DNA from: Octopus sinensis | Taxonomy: Eukaryota | Length of the DNA: 64,000 bases | Assembly (NCBI RefSeq): GCF_006345805.1 | Contig: NC_043024.1 | Coordinates: 15,500,001 to 15,564,000, forward strand | Reading direction: 5' to 3' | Made by a program: the position numbers and the translations under genes | The notes under the pieces: model-generated | What the model was told of the DNA's origin: nothing | The model's database searches: none | The model's input: the letters and a program-made list of their open reading frames with translations, nothing else | Part shown: piece by piece, positions 1 through 13,124 of the stretch | How the letters are laid out: each line of letters starts with the position of its first letter | Position numbering within the stretch: the stretch's first letter is position 1

Positions 1-385
1 CACCCTTGCTAGTAGGGTACCAAGAGCACCATCCGAGCATGATCGTTGCCAGAGCAGCCAACTGGTTTCCGTGCCAGTGGCACATAAAAGGGCACCATTA
101 GAGCGTAGTCATTACCAACGTCGCCTTACTAGCACCTGTGCTGGTGGCACGTGTAAAAAGATTCGAGTGAGGTCGTTGCCAGTACCGCCTGACTGGCCCC
201 TATGTCGGTGGCACGTAAAAAGCACCCACTACACTCTCAGAGTGGTTGGCATTAGGAAGGGCATCCAGCTGTAGAAACTCTGCCAAATCAAGATTGGAGC
301 CTGGTGCAGCCATCTGGTTTGCCAGTCCTCAGTCAAATTGTCCAACTCATGCTAGCATGGAAAGCAGACGTTAAACGATGATGAT
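1..385 (+). mobile_element. RTE-tail non-autonomous retroelement (family C), 3' part
   Basis: Ends ggaagggcatccagctgtagaaac...catgctagcatggaaagcagacgttaaacgatgatgat, a typical RTE 3' UTR with a (GAT)n tail. Other copies lie at about 7960-8175, 9456-9687, 19355-19500(-), 33445-33585(-), 46690-46990(-), 50925-51180(-), 57420-57805 and 60510-60860(-). Confidence 0.75.
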
Positions 386-402
386 AATATATATATATAC
401 AT

Positions 403-822
403 GGAAGATGTAGACCCAAGAAGATATGGGATGAGGTAGTGAAGAATGATCTTCAGAGGTTGAATCCCACACAGGTGATGATAAGAGATCAAAACCTTTG
501 GAAATTTGCTATGCTTGAGAAGACACATCAAGTCAAATGAAATTGTAGTCATGGCCAGTACCAGTGATGCGTAAAAGGCACCCATGCCAATAACATGTGA
601 AGGGTACCCATGCTGGGGACACATGAAATACACCCATGCCAATGATACATGAAAGCTATCTATGCCGGTGACATGTAAAAGGCTTGGAGTAGTTGGCACT
701 AGGAAGGGCATCCAGCTGTAGAAACCAACCTAAAAGAGACTGGAGCCTGGTGAAGCTCTCCAGCTTACCAGTTCCTATCAAACCCATGCCAGCATGGAAA
801 ATGGATGCTAAATGATGATGAT
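403..822 (+). mobile_element. RTE-clade LINE 3' end (ORF C-terminus plus 3' UTR)
   Basis: 403-540 translates GRCRPKKIWDEVVKNDLQRLNPTQVMIRDQNLWKFAMLEKTHQVK*, resembling the RTE GRGRPRKTW...RD...W C-terminus. It is followed by the family-C tail and (GAT)n. Confidence 0.8.
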
Positions 823-1342
823 ACACTTCTTTTTACAGACACTGAATTAAAAATGTGATTCAATGGAAAAAGTTGAAGGCTGTCCATTGGGACTCAACTG
901 TCCATGGGACTCAACAAGACAGTGGTCAAACCACTGGATCAAAACAATTCTTCAAATTTCTTCATTCATCTTACAAACTTCTTTCTTACCAATGGTAATT
1001 TTATAAAAATTTGAGAGAAACAATTATACCATAAGAATTTTAGAAACTTTCAAAAGAAAAAAAAAGCAATAATTATTTTTGGAACACTGGATCTCAAAGC
1101 AGATAAGCTTTAAATAACGGTTTCAAAATTGGGAGCAAGGCCAGCAATTTTGAAGGAAGGGTAACTCGATTACATCAAATCCAGTGCCCAATTGGTACTT
1201 ATTTTATTGCCTCTGAGAGGATCAAAAGCAAAGTCAACCCCAGTAGCATTTATATTTACAAAATAAAGACCCAATAGAAATGTTCCTAAGAATTTTGTCT
1301 GGTGTTCTTACAATTCTATCAGTTCACCACCTTTAATATTTG

Positions 1343-1882
1343 CTACAGCAAAAATTCTGCTCAATACCACAGATTTGCTTGTCAGTTGTTTGACCTTAAC
1401 CAGTTGAATAATATGGGTTATAGCAAAAATTCTGCTCAATACCACAGATTTGCTTGTCAGTTGTTTGACCTAACCACTTGAGCATGAACATTGGTGGCTG
1501 ATGATATGTGCATCTCTGATCACAAGCAGAAGCATTGGGGGAGCATCGTAAAGCTTTGAGAGGAATTTTGGGTGGTCTGAATAATTTACTTCTGCAAAAA
1601 TGGGTGCTTCATTCAACATACTTAAAACAAACCTTATTCAGGGACCTTTTGAGCGGGATGGGCTACTTGACCAGAATAAAACTCTAACAAGGCCCCACCA
1701 GCAAGGTCAGGCACTGTTTATCTTGATAGGAGATCACCATGTTGGGCACATATGGTTGTGATGTATGTGCCTAGTGTACTCTTATCAGACGGGTAGTCAT
1801 GATGGGTATACTAGGCTTTGTATATTTGTATCCCAGTGTCACTTTGATGGCATGCACTGCTCTCTCACTCAATAATAATAAT
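1343..1882 (+). repeat. Interspersed repeat family D (about 470 bp, (TAA)n tail), 5' 65 bp tandemly duplicated
   Basis: Runs gctacagcaaa(t)attctgctcaataccacag...gcatgcactgctctctcactcaataataat. Near-identical copies occur at 27911-28369(-) and 53384-53845(+). Class not determined. Confidence 0.8.
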
Positions 1883-3015
1883 CCTTTCTACTCTAAGCTC
1901 AAGGCCTGAAATTTTGTAGGAGGGTCTAGTCAATTACATCGACCCCAGTGCGTAACTGGTAGTTAATTTATCAGCCTCAAAAGAATAAAAGGCAAAGCTG
2001 ACCTCAGCAGAATTTGAACTGAGAACATAGTGGCTGTCAAAATACCGCGAAGCATTTCACCCGGCGTGCTAATGGTTCAGCCAGCTCACTGCCTTAAATG
2101 AAGGGGCGAGCTGGCAGAAACGTTAGCATGTGGGGCGAAATGCTCAGTGGTATTTCGTCTGCTGCTACGTTCTGAGTTCAAATTCGGCCGAGGTTGACTT
2201 TGCCTTTCATCCTTTCAGGGTCAATAAATTAAGTACCAGTTACGCATTGGGGTTGATCTAATTGACTTAATCCCTTTGTCTGTCCCCTCTATATATAATC
2301 CCTTGTGGGCAATAAAGAAATAAGAATCATTAGCATGCTGGGTAAATGCTCAACAGCATTTCATCCATCTTTACATTCTGAGTTCAAATTCCACCAAAGT
2401 CGACTTTTCCTTTCATCCTTTTGGGGGTCATTAAATTAAGTACCAGTGAAACACTGGGGTCGATGAAACTGACTTGTCTCCACCCGCCAAAATTTTAGGC
2501 CTTGTGCCTAGAGTAGAAAGGATTATTATTATAATTAGGCGAGCTGCCAGAATCGTTAGCACGCGGAGCGAAATGCTTAGCGGTATTTCGTCTGCAATTA
2601 CATTCTGAGTTCAGTTCAAATTCCACCAAGGTCGACTTAACTTTTATCCTCTCAGGGTTGATTAAATAAGTACCGATTATGCACTGGGGTCGATGTAATT
2701 GAAAATCCCTTTGTCTGTCCTTGTTTGTCCCCTCTATGTTTAGCCTCTTGTGGGCAATGAAGAATTTATTTATTATTATAATTATTATTAATGAGAAGGC
2801 GATGAGCTGGCTGAATCATTAGCACAGCATAAAGCTTAGTGACATGTCGTCTGTCTTTATGTTCTGGGTTCAAATGCAGCTGAGGTCAACTTGGCCTTTC
2901 AACCCTTTCAGGGTCAAAGAAATAAATACCAGTTATGCACTGGGGTTGATGCAATCAACCAACCTGCTCCCCCAAAATTTCAGGCATTCTGCCTTTGGAA
3001 GAAAGGATCATTATT
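1883..3015. mobile_element. Cluster of tRNA-derived SINE family B copies (one minus, four plus)
   Basis: Head ggcgagctggcagaaacgttagc...gttctgagttcaaattc (B-box-like) and central gcctttcatcctttcggggtcgataaattaagtaccag (resembles the Nin/Deu SINE domain), joined by (ATT)n. Confidence 0.85.
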
Positions 3016-3049
3016 ATCATTAAGGCCACAAAGTGATAGAATTGTTAAT

Positions 3050-3435
3050 GCACCACATGGTTCCGGGTTCAGTCACTCTGCGTGGCACCTTGGGCAAGTG
3101 TCTTCTACCATAGCCTTGGGCCGACCAAAGCCTTGTGAGTGGATTTGGTAGACAGAAACTGAAAAGAAGCCCATCGTATATATGTATATATATACATATA
3201 TGTATGTGTGTGTGTATACGTTTATGTGTCGATGTTTCTCCCCCCAACATCACTTGACAACCGATGCTGGTGTGTTTATGTCCCTGTACCTTAGCAGTTC
3301 AGCAAAAGAGACTGATAGAATAAGTTCTAGGCTTACAAAGAATAAGTCCTGGGGTTGATTTCCTCGACTAAAAGGCAGTGCTCCAGCATGGCCACAGTTA
3401 AATGATTGAAACACAAGTAAAAGAGTAAAAGAGAG
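3050..3435 (+). mobile_element. tRNA-derived SINE family A
   Basis: ggttccgggttcagtc...ggcaccttgggcaagtgtcttcta...ggatttggtagacagaaactgaaagaagccc, an internal (TA/TG)n, and tail ccagcatggccacag...gaaacacaagtaaaagag. Confidence 0.85.
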
Positions 3436-3644
3436 AGAGCACCAGACAAAATACGTTCGGTGGCATTTCTTCCTCTTTTTACATTCACAGTTCAAATCCC
3501 ACCTGGGTCAACTTTGCTTTTCATCCTTTCGAAGTGAATGACATAAAGTACCAGTCAAGCATTGGAACTGATGCAAGCAACGTACCCCACCCACTCAAAA
3601 TTGCTGGCCTTGTGCCTAAATTAAAAACCCTTATCAATATTATT

Positions 3645-3948
3645 GTGGAGGCATATGGCCTAGTGGTTAGAGTAGCAGACTTGCTGCCGAGGGATCGCAG
3701 GTTTGAATCTCAGACCGGGCAATGTGTGTGTTTATGAGCGAAACACCTAAGCTCCACGTGGCTCCGGCAGAAGGTAATGGCGAACTTCTGCTGACTCTTT
3801 TGCCACAACTTTCTCTCACTCTTTCCTCCTGCATCTTGCAGCTCACCAGCGACAGACCGGCGTCCCATCCAGGTGGGGAACCTATACGCTAAGGAAACCG
3901 GGAAACCGGCCCTTATGAGCCAGGTGTGGCTTGAGAAGGAACAAACAA
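3645..3948 (+). mobile_element. tRNA-derived SINE family F
   Basis: tRNA-like head ggaggcatatggcctagtggttagag...ggtttgaatctc with A and B boxes. A related copy lies at about 31236-31540. Confidence 0.7.
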
Positions 3949-3955
3949 TCATTAT

Positions 3956-4326
3956 TATTACCTCCACATTAGTGAAGGCAGAGGTATTGATTTCCGTCAT
4001 ATTTGTTTGTTTGTTTGTCCATGGACAAGATATCTCAAGAACTGCGCGATGGATTCGGATGAAACTATCAGAGATGTTTGGCCTTGTGACTGGCACAAAC
4101 TGATTAGATTTTGGGATTGATCCAGTACTGGACAAGGATTCTGGATTATTTTTCCTTTTCTTTTTTTTACTTAATTTTTGAGAGCGGCTGAGTTCATTTT
4201 TAGTATTCTCCTTTGTGAGAGCAGTTGAGTTTATTTCAGATATTCTTATTTTAAAAATCAACTCTGACTAATTATTGAGAAGATGTTGGTGTTGTCTTGG
4301 CAGAGGTTTGTGCTCTCAGAGAGCTA

Positions 4327-4330
<4 letters not shown>
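3956..4330 (+). mobile_element. DINE-1/HINE-like non-autonomous Helentron derivative
   Basis: 5' attacctcc...gaggt, an internal (GTTT)n, a 3' subterminal ggcagaggt (inverse of acctcc) and a terminal hairpin gctctc-a-gagagc. Confidence 0.6.
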
Positions 4331-4368
<38 letters not shown>

Positions 4369-4512
4369 TACTATTATTATTATTACTATTATTATTATTA
4401 CTATATTATTATTATTATTACTATATTATTATTATTATTATTATATTATTATATTATTATTATTACTATTATTATTATTATTATTATTTATTATTATTAT
4501 TATTATTATTAC

Positions 4513-4546
<34 letters not shown>

Positions 4547-4547
4547 A
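4328..4547. repeat. (TAT)n microsatellite
   Basis: About 220 bp of imperfect TAT repeats, which explains the poly-I/L/Y ORFs. Confidence 0.95.
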
Positions 4548-5139
4548 CTACAACCAAGGCGGCAAGCTGGTAGAACCGTTAGCACACTGGATGAAATGCT
4601 TAGCGGTATTTCACCCGTCGCTATGTTCTGAGTTCAAATTCTGCTGAGGTTGTCTTTGCCTTTCATCCTTTCGGGGTCGATTAAATAAGTACCAGTCATG
4701 CACTGGGGTAGATGTGATTGACTTAATCTCTTCCTCCAATACCCCAAATTTGAGGCTTTCTGCTTTCAGTAGAAAGGATTATTATCAGTACTACTAGTAG
4801 TAGTAGTAGTTGCAGTAGTGATCATAGTGGTGGTGGCATGGTCAAGTAGTAGAAGTAGTAGCAGTTGTTGTGGCGGTGGTGGTGATAATGGTAACAGTAG
4901 TAGTAGTAGTAGTAGTAGTAGCAGCAACATTAATGGTAGCAGTAGCAACAGTTCCAGACATAGTAGTAGCATGGTGTTACAACAGCAAACAAGAACAAAA
5001 CCGAACAAACCAATAAATGGTTCTCTGGATTCTCTTGTGGTGCTAAACACCATTGCAAGCAATTGCATGAAATTCCTCATTGGAATATTTATATATTTCC
5101 TTCATTTACATTGGAGTTCAATATCATCCCTCTCACTCT

Positions 5140-5195
5140 TATACATGTGTGTGTGTGTGTGTGCATACACATGTGTGTGTACATACATATACGTA

Positions 5196-5239
<44 letters not shown>

Positions 5240-5288
5240 TATATATATATGACTGTACATATATACATTATACACTTATATATGGTTG

Positions 5289-5338
<50 letters not shown>

Positions 5339-5779
5339 TATATATATATATGACTGTACATATATACATTATACACTTATATATGGTTGTACATACATAT
5401 ATATATATGTGTGTGTGTGTGTGTGCACATATATATACATGCGCATATACATGTTTACATATAAGTACATTTATATATGTAGATATATATGTGTGTGTGT
5501 GTGTGTGTACATACATATCTATGTACACATACACATATATGTAGACATACACAACACGTGTGTATACACACACAAACACACATTGTGTGTGTGTGTGTGT
5601 GTACAATGCACACAAGAAAAGTAACAGTGGATGTTTGTATTTGTAGTGGAATATCATAAAAGAAGAGACATTTGTAAGCAATGAATAAAAAGTAGTCCTT
5701 TGATAAAGAAAATGGCGGCTATTGGAATAAGCACAGACTGACAGAGACATATATACACAGTCAGCGACATAGTTTGAGG

Positions 5780-5811
<32 letters not shown>

Positions 5812-5919
5812 ATATATATATGTATGTATATGCATTCATACATACACACACACATATATTTGTATATATATATATATATAATATATATACAAACACATAT
5901 GCATACAGACACACATATC

Positions 5920-5972
<53 letters not shown>

Positions 5973-6530
5973 TATATATACATACATACACACACACATA
6001 CAGCAATGTATGTATATATATGTGTATGTGTTTGTGTATGTGTGTGTGTGTGTAAGTACAATTTAAAGCTCAAATTGCTTGACAAATAACCAGTATATAT
6101 AATTATGTATGTCTGTATGTGTGTTTGTGTGTGTGTGTGTATATATATATACACACACACGACCATATACGGACTCATAAACACACACAATGGCATACAC
6201 ATACCAAACACAGACACACTGAAACACTGCGGGAGTGAGATAAACGTTAGAATTTCCACCCCAAAATACAGATTGAACATATATTAATAGCAAAACATAG
6301 ACAAGAATCCATTGACATCTAACAACAGAGATTTGGTTTTTATACTCAAATCACTTCTAACAGGGACACAGCTACATACAGACAGATACATAAACACACA
6401 CACACACACACACAAACGTACATGTGTGCTTACATATATTATGTGTACATTTATGTACAAATGTATATGTGCGCACACACACACACATGTACACATATAT
6501 TTTATCCATTTGTATACACATACACAAATA
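5140..6530. repeat. Compound (TA)n/(CA)n/(TG)n microsatellite region
   Basis: Dinucleotide runs including a duplicated ~100-bp block (gagtatatatatatgactgtacatatatacattatacacttatatatggttgtacatac). Confidence 0.9.
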
Positions 6531-6739
6531 TATTATAATTGCACATATACACAAATGTATACATTTCATATGTGGGTGTATATGTATAGTTGTGGCTGTG
6601 TAGTAAGAAGTTTGTTTCCCAACCACATGGTTCTGCGTTCAGTCCTACTGTATGGAACGTAATATGGCAGACGAAATACCGCTAAGCATTTCGCCCAGCA
6701 TGCTAACGTTTCTGCCAGCTTGCTGCCTTTATTCATCCT

Positions 6740-7275
6740 CCATTATACCTCCATTCATCTTGCCACATGGCATCAGACTCAATATGGGGGCGTACATCGA
6801 GTGCCTCTCTGAGTCAAAAGGGTGGCTGCTGGAAGACCCTGTATCTGGCAACAGGACTCTGCACCATGTCACACAAGGAGGAGAACACAGTCCTGACTGT
6901 CAGACAATTTCTGCAACGACATCACTCCAAGCATCTGGCCACCTAACTCTCCAGATTGCAACCCCCTTGATTGTTATGTGTGGGGCACAGTTGAGCAAGA
7001 GACCAACAAAAGTCCTTGTAACACCAAAGATGAACTGAAGGTAAGGATTATGGCAGCAGACACCAACTTAAAGAAGACAGTCCAGAAGAGTTGCAGGAGA
7101 TTCCGAAGTTGTCTGGAGGTTGTGGTTCAAACCAACAGCAATTCTACTGAATAAATTTACTCTTCAGTATTTCAAGATATTTTTATGTAATTTTGGTAAA
7201 TATATCTGTTGAAATGAGATGTTAGTGTTATTTTCATTTTTGCATAATTTAGATAATATATTCACCACACGTGTA
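6740..7275 (+). mobile_element. Tc1/mariner maT-type (DD37D) transposase remnant, 3' part
   Basis: PPFILPHGIRLNMGAYIECL, then a frameshift, then KRVAAGRPCIWQQDSAPCHTRRRTQS*LSDNFCNDITPSIWPPNSPDCNPLDCYVWGTVEQETNK...*. There are 37 residues between the QQD aspartate and the final D of SPDCNPLD. Confidence 0.88.
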
Positions 7276-9357
7276 CGTATGCGTTCTTTTTTGTTTTTGC
7301 ACTGACAGAGGCACTACTGATATGATCTATACAGACGATAGACCCAGGAAGAAAGTATAAAGCTGAATCTGGCCCTATATATAATCTATGTTGATCTAAG
7401 TCTTTTGATACAAGGTATCATAATTGTCTGTAGAGAATCTTTACCAAATATGATTATCCAAGCATGTTTGTGCAAATACTGCACCAATTACATGATGTAA
7501 TTCCTAGTAGTTGAGGCTGCTGCACTATTTTCTGTTTGAGAAGGTGTGAAACAAGGTTATGTCATAACACTTACTCTTTTACAGTGTATGATTTTGCACC
7601 ACATTACAAGCAAATTTCAGAAGACTTCTATCCAGAACTGACAGAGGAGGTGACAAATTCTTTAACCTTTAATCCCTTAATATTTCAACCGGTCAGCGAA
7701 CTGGCAGAATCATTAGCACAACAGGTGAAATGCTTAATAGTATTCATCTGCCGTTACGTTCTGAGTTCAAATTCTGCCGAGGTCAACTTTGCCTTTCATC
7801 CTTTCAGGGTCAATTAAATAAGTACCAGTAATGCGCTGGCATCAATGTAATCAACTTAGTCCCTTCGTATGTTCTTGCTTGTCCCTTCTATGTTTAGTCC
7901 CCTGTGGGCAATAAAGAAATAGATATTTCAACTGGCCATTCAAACTGTCCTTTACAGATGCCAGTGCTGCATAAACACATTCATTCCAGTGGCATGTAAA
8001 AAGCATCAAGCACACACTACACAGCGGTCAGTGTTAGAAAGGGCATCCAGCTGTAGAGACCATGCCACAACAGACAATTGGTGTCTGGACAGCTCTCAAG
8101 CTGGCCAGCTCCTTGTCAAACTGTCCAACCCATGCCAGCATGGAAAATGGATGTTAAATGATGATAATGATGATGATATTTGGCCCCAAATTTTCTACCT
8201 GTTTTATGTTGAATCTGGCCCCTCACTCTTACCTAACAATGTCATCCTAATAATATGCAATCACTTTATCGAAATCTCAGAGCTACAATTATGGAGATGT
8301 ACTTGCATAGCAAGTGATTTGATCTGAGATCATGTGCTGGAACAAAAACAATTGCAGCACGGATTTTTGTCAGTGAACAGGTCACGGTCTTATAGCGACG
8401 AAAATATTTTGACAAATTAAACTTAAATGTTGAAGTGAATCGAACGGCTTTTGTGTGTTTCTTACAAACACCTTCCACACTGCAATTGTCAGAGCTACAA
8501 GATAATGCTTTATTAATTCAAATCAATGTGAATAAACACTAAGTGAATAAAAGAAATATTGTAAAATTCCAGATTCCTTTTGGGTACCCCCTCATAAGCA
8601 TAACATTCAACAGACTAACCTGAATGCTAATCTGAATGCTAATGGATTAAATGACAGACATCATCAATTGGTGTTTCAAAAATTTCAGATGAAGATAATC
8701 GCCATCAAGTGACACCTGAGTATCTACTTTGTTAAATGTACCTAAGCGTAAGTGGCCCTTATGAAAGGAGACTGAAAGGGGTCATTACCCTTTTATATAC
8801 GTATGTGTGTTCCAGTTTTCTTGTTTTGACATTCAGTGATAGTTGTAAACGGATGTTACCAACACACAAGCAGTGTCTTTCATTACTAGTCTTTTTTGAA
8901 AGGATGTTTGGTTGTGGGCAAATATTACCTTGCATGGAGGCAAGCAAGGGTTGGTGACGGGGAGGGCACCTGGCCCTAGAAAATCTGCCTCAACAAATTA
9001 CAGCCAACCCATAATCACATGGAAAATTATATGTTAAAATTATGCTGGCATGGCTCTGAAGTAAGAAGCTTGCTTCCCAACTATATAGTTGAGAGTTCAA
9101 TCTCATTGCATGGCACCTTGGGCAAGTGTCTCCTACTATATATTATCTTGCATCAAAACAGGCATGGGGTTGGTGACAGGAAGGGCCTCTGGCCCTAGAA
9201 AAATCACAACAACAAATTTCAGCCAAACCATACAAACATGGAAAATTATATGTTTAAATGATTCTGGCATGGCTCCGTAGTAAGAGGCTTGCTTCCCAAC
9301 CATATATGGGTTGTGGTTCAATTCCACTGCGTGACACCTTGGGCAAGTGTCTTCTAT

Positions 9358-10031
9358 GGTAATCGTTCAGTTCAGTGATATTAAAAAAGTTAATAAAAAT
9401 TAAGGGAGAGTTAACTAGTAAAGGAACATAAATAAGTTAACTTATTGTTAACAAAGGTCGAGCGAGGTCGTTGCCAGTGCTGCCTGACTGGCCCTTGTAC
9501 TGATGGCACGTAAAAAGCACCCACTACACTCTCGAAGTGGTTTGCATTAGGAAGGGCATCCAGCTGTAGAAACTCTGCCAGATCAAGATTGGAGCCTGGT
9601 GCAGCCATCTGGCTTGCCAGCCCTTAGTCAAAATCGTCCAACCCATGCTAGCATGGAAAGCGGACGTTAAACGATGATGATGATGATAAATATTGGATAT
9701 TATTTACTTTAGAACTGATCAGAATGGCACATGGAAGACCAGTAGGACCACAATTTATTGTTCCTGAAATTTATATCCTCAACTATGAATCAATCTAGGA
9801 CGAATGTTGGAATATCACCCAATTAGCAGAATCACGAGACAAGATTCTTCAGTGGTTGGCCTGGCATTGACTAATTATGAATTTATACACGTGCAAATAT
9901 TGTAATTCACCATGTTACCTTACTACAATATTTATGTTAATAGTAAGTTGACTTATTTAATATCCCTTTACTAGTTATCTCCCCCTTAATTTTTATTTAC
10001 TTTTTTAATATCCCTAAACTGAACAATTACC
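9358..10031 (+). mobile_element. Merlin-like (IS1595/IS1016-type) defective DNA transposon inserted into a SINE-A copy
   Basis: ~100-bp imperfect TIRs ggtaat(c/t)gttcagtt...ttaaca. TSD is tcttcta (perfect, 7 bp) or gtcttctac (9 bp with one transition each side). An ORF remnant from 9724 reads MAHGRPVGPQ...QLAESRDKILQWLAWH*LIMNLYTCKYCNSPCYL with a CxxC. A nested family-C copy sits at 9456-9687. Confidence 0.65.
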
Positions 10032-10106
10032 ATCTTCTACTGTAGCCTTGGACCAAAAAAAGTTTTGTTAGTGGATTTGGAAGTTGGAAACCGAAGGAAG
10101 GTCTTC

Positions 10107-10151
<45 letters not shown>

Positions 10152-10699
10152 TGAGTGTGTCTGTCTGTCTGTCCGCCCACCACTTATTGACAACAGGTGC
10201 TGGTGTGTTTATGTTCCCATAACAGTTTGGCAAAAGAGACTCACAGAACAAGTGCCAGTCTTTAAAATAATATAAGTCCCAGGGTCAATACATTCGACTA
10301 AAATTTCTCTAAAGCAGTGCCCCAGCATGGTCGCAGTCTATTGACTGAAACAAGTAAAATGTAAGAGATATATAAATGCACACACAAGGCAGAATCGCTG
10401 GTACAGCGGACAAAATGTTTAGCGCCATTTCTGGCCCTCTTCCCATTCTGAGTTCAAATTCCACCAAAGTCAAATTTTCCTTGCATCTTTTCGGAGTCGA
10501 TAAAGTAAGTACCAGTTGAATACTGGGGTTGACGATATAACCAGCTTACTCTCCACCACCCAAAATTCCTGGTCTGTTGCCAGAATTTGGAATCAATATA
10601 TAAACAGACATGTGCAGCATTGATTCTTCAAAGATTTGCAGAAAGTAGCTTCATACAACAGTATGTAAGATGACATAGCATTGAAATGATGAAACGTGA

Positions 10700-10999
10700 G
10701 GTAGAGTACACACACACACACATATATATGCATGTATACACACACACACACACATATATATACATTTTTTGTCTTTGTTTTTTTGTGAATTCTCCGTATA
10801 TACATATATACATATATACACGCATGTATATACATATATATATACACATGTATATACACATATATATACACATGTATATACACATATTTATATACACACA
10901 CATGTATATACACATATTTATATACACACACATGTATATACAAATATTTATATACACACACATGTATATACAAATGCACATATACACACACACGCACAT

Positions 11000-11047
<48 letters not shown>

Positions 11048-11110
11048 ACATATATATATACATACACACACACATATATATACACATACATATATTACAT
11101 ACACACACAC
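10700..11110. repeat. (CA)/(TA) compound microsatellite
   Basis: Tandem catgtatatacacatatttatatacacaca units. Confidence 0.9.
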
Positions 11111-11329
11111 AGAAATGGGGCAATAGATGTGCTGAAGTGACGAAGTGTGAGGTGGAATAAATTTCCTTTCGTCTGCAAAACGGAGGCAATGAAAAAAACA
11201 GAAATGGATGTTATTTATTTTCTAAAGAGAAAATAAATAAACGAAGGAAGAGATAAATGAGAAGATGTTTGCTGGGGGTTGTTGATTCAGGGGTAAATAT
11301 ATAAGCATCAGAAGATACAACAAGGACAT

Positions 11330-12460
11330 TAGAGGGAGGGAGGGAGGAGCGGAGTGGGGGGATAGGGGGAGAGAAGAGGGGTGGGGGAGAAGAGGGGTGG
11401 GGGAGAAGAGGTGAAGGAGAGAATGGGGGAGGGAAGAGAGGATGGAGAGAAGAGGGGAAGATGGGAAGAGGGGAGGGAGAGAAGAGTCGGGGACAGAAGT
11501 GGGTAGGAGACAAGAGGGGAGGAAGAGAAACGAGGAAGGGGAGGAGGACGAGGAAGAGGAGGAGAAGAAAGGGAAGGGAGAGGGAAGGGGTGCAAGAAGG
11601 GGAGAGAAGAGAGGATGGAGAGAAGAGTCAGGGACAGAAGTGGGAGGAGACAGAAGAGGGGAGGAAGAGAAACGAGGAAGTGGAGGGGGAAGTGGAGGAG
11701 AAGGGAAGGGAGAGAGAAGGGGTGGAAGAAGGGGAGGAGAGATGAAGGGGAATAGGAAGAAGGGGAGGAGGGACCAAGAGTAGAGAGAAAGGTGGAAGAA
11801 AGAAGAGGAGGAGGGGAGAGAGATGGGGAGGACAAGGAGAAAGAGGAGAGGAGGAGAAAAGGGAGAGGGAAGGAGATAGAGAAGGGAAACAAAGGATTAA
11901 GGAGAAGAGGAAAGAGGAAAAGGAGGGGAGAAGAGGGAGGGTGAAAGGGTGAGAAAGAGGAGGGAAAAGAGAGGAAGGGAGGAAAGGTGGGGAGAGAGGT
12001 GATGGAGGAGAAAGAAGAAATAAGAGGAAGGGGAAGAGAAGAAAAGACAGTGGTTACAAGAGGAGAAGGAAGAAAGGGAAGAGGAGGAGGAGGAGGAAGA
12101 GAGGAAGAGGAATAAATTGAATTCATACAATATAGTTTTTAGATTAAAGGGAAGAGGAGTAGATAGAGGAAGTGGAGAAGGAAAGAGACAAGTAGGAAGG
12201 GGTGTAGGAAGAAAGAGTGGAGGTGGGAGGAGAGTATGGGGAGGGGGAGATAGAAGAAGAAGAGGAAGAACATTGGGGACAAAGAGGAGAGGAAAGAAGA
12301 GTAAAGAAAGGAAGCGAATGAGAAAGAGAGGATGAGGAGGAGAAAGGGCCGTAAGAGAAGAAAAGAGTAGAGGAGGAGGATAGAAGTGATGGAAGAGGAG
12401 TAGGAAGAGAAAGGGAGTAGACTGAGGAAGAACCGGGAGGTGGGGCAAGGAGGAGGAGTA
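11330..12460 (+). repeat. ~1.1-kb polypurine (GA-rich) tract
   Basis: Almost exclusively G/A on the + strand, with internal duplicated blocks such as gagaagagtc(g/a)gggacagaagtggg. Confidence 0.9.
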
Positions 12461-12759
12461 ATAAATAGACTTCCACCCAACACACCCTTGACATAGCTCC
12501 CTTGTTGATGCTGTTGCTGCTGTTATTACTGTTTAGTCTGGGACAAGTACACCTCGAATTACATTATCTAATGTGCTCTTCCTTGTTATTGTTATTTAAG
12601 CTTCGGGACAGTTGCTCACACAGCAGAGCTAATAACCAAACATCTTCCAGCTATGACCATCCTGTCTTTTCTTTTGGCATGGTCTACCTAGGGCTACACT
12701 ATCAAAGAACGTGGACTCTGCCAATCCAACATAATAATAATCCTTTCTACCACAGGCAC

Positions 12760-13122
12760 ATAGGTGCAGGAGTGGCTCTGTGGTAAGTAGCTTGCTTACC
12801 AGCTACACGGTTCCGGGTTCAGTCCACCTGCATGGCACCTTTGGCAAATGTCTTCTACTAAAGCCTCGGGCCAACCAAAGCCTTGTGAGTGGATTTGGTA
12901 GACAGAAACTGAAAGAAGCCCATTGTATGTAGTGTGTAAGTTTGTGTGTCAGTGTTTGTCCCCCGCCAACATCACTTGACAACCAATGCTGGTGTGTTTA
13001 CGTCCCCATAACTTAGTGGTTCAGCAAAAGAGACAGATAAAATAAGTACTAGGCTTATAAAGAAGTCCTGGGGTCGATTTTCTCAACGAAAGGCATGGCC
13101 ACAGTCAAATGACTGAAACAAG
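12760..13122 (+). mobile_element. SINE family A
   Basis: Full head-to-tail match to family A (ataggtgcaggagtggctctgtggtaagtagcttgc...gaaacaagtaaaagag). Confidence 0.85.
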
Positions 13123-13124
13123 TA

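Noticed and set aside
3710-4261. 183-aa minus-strand ORF
   Set aside because: Spans a SINE and a HINE; no protein homology recognised.
4275-6626. Numerous poly-I/Y/L and VCVC/HTHT ORFs (also 10593-11189, 55699-56822, 59121-59772)
   Set aside because: Microsatellite translations.
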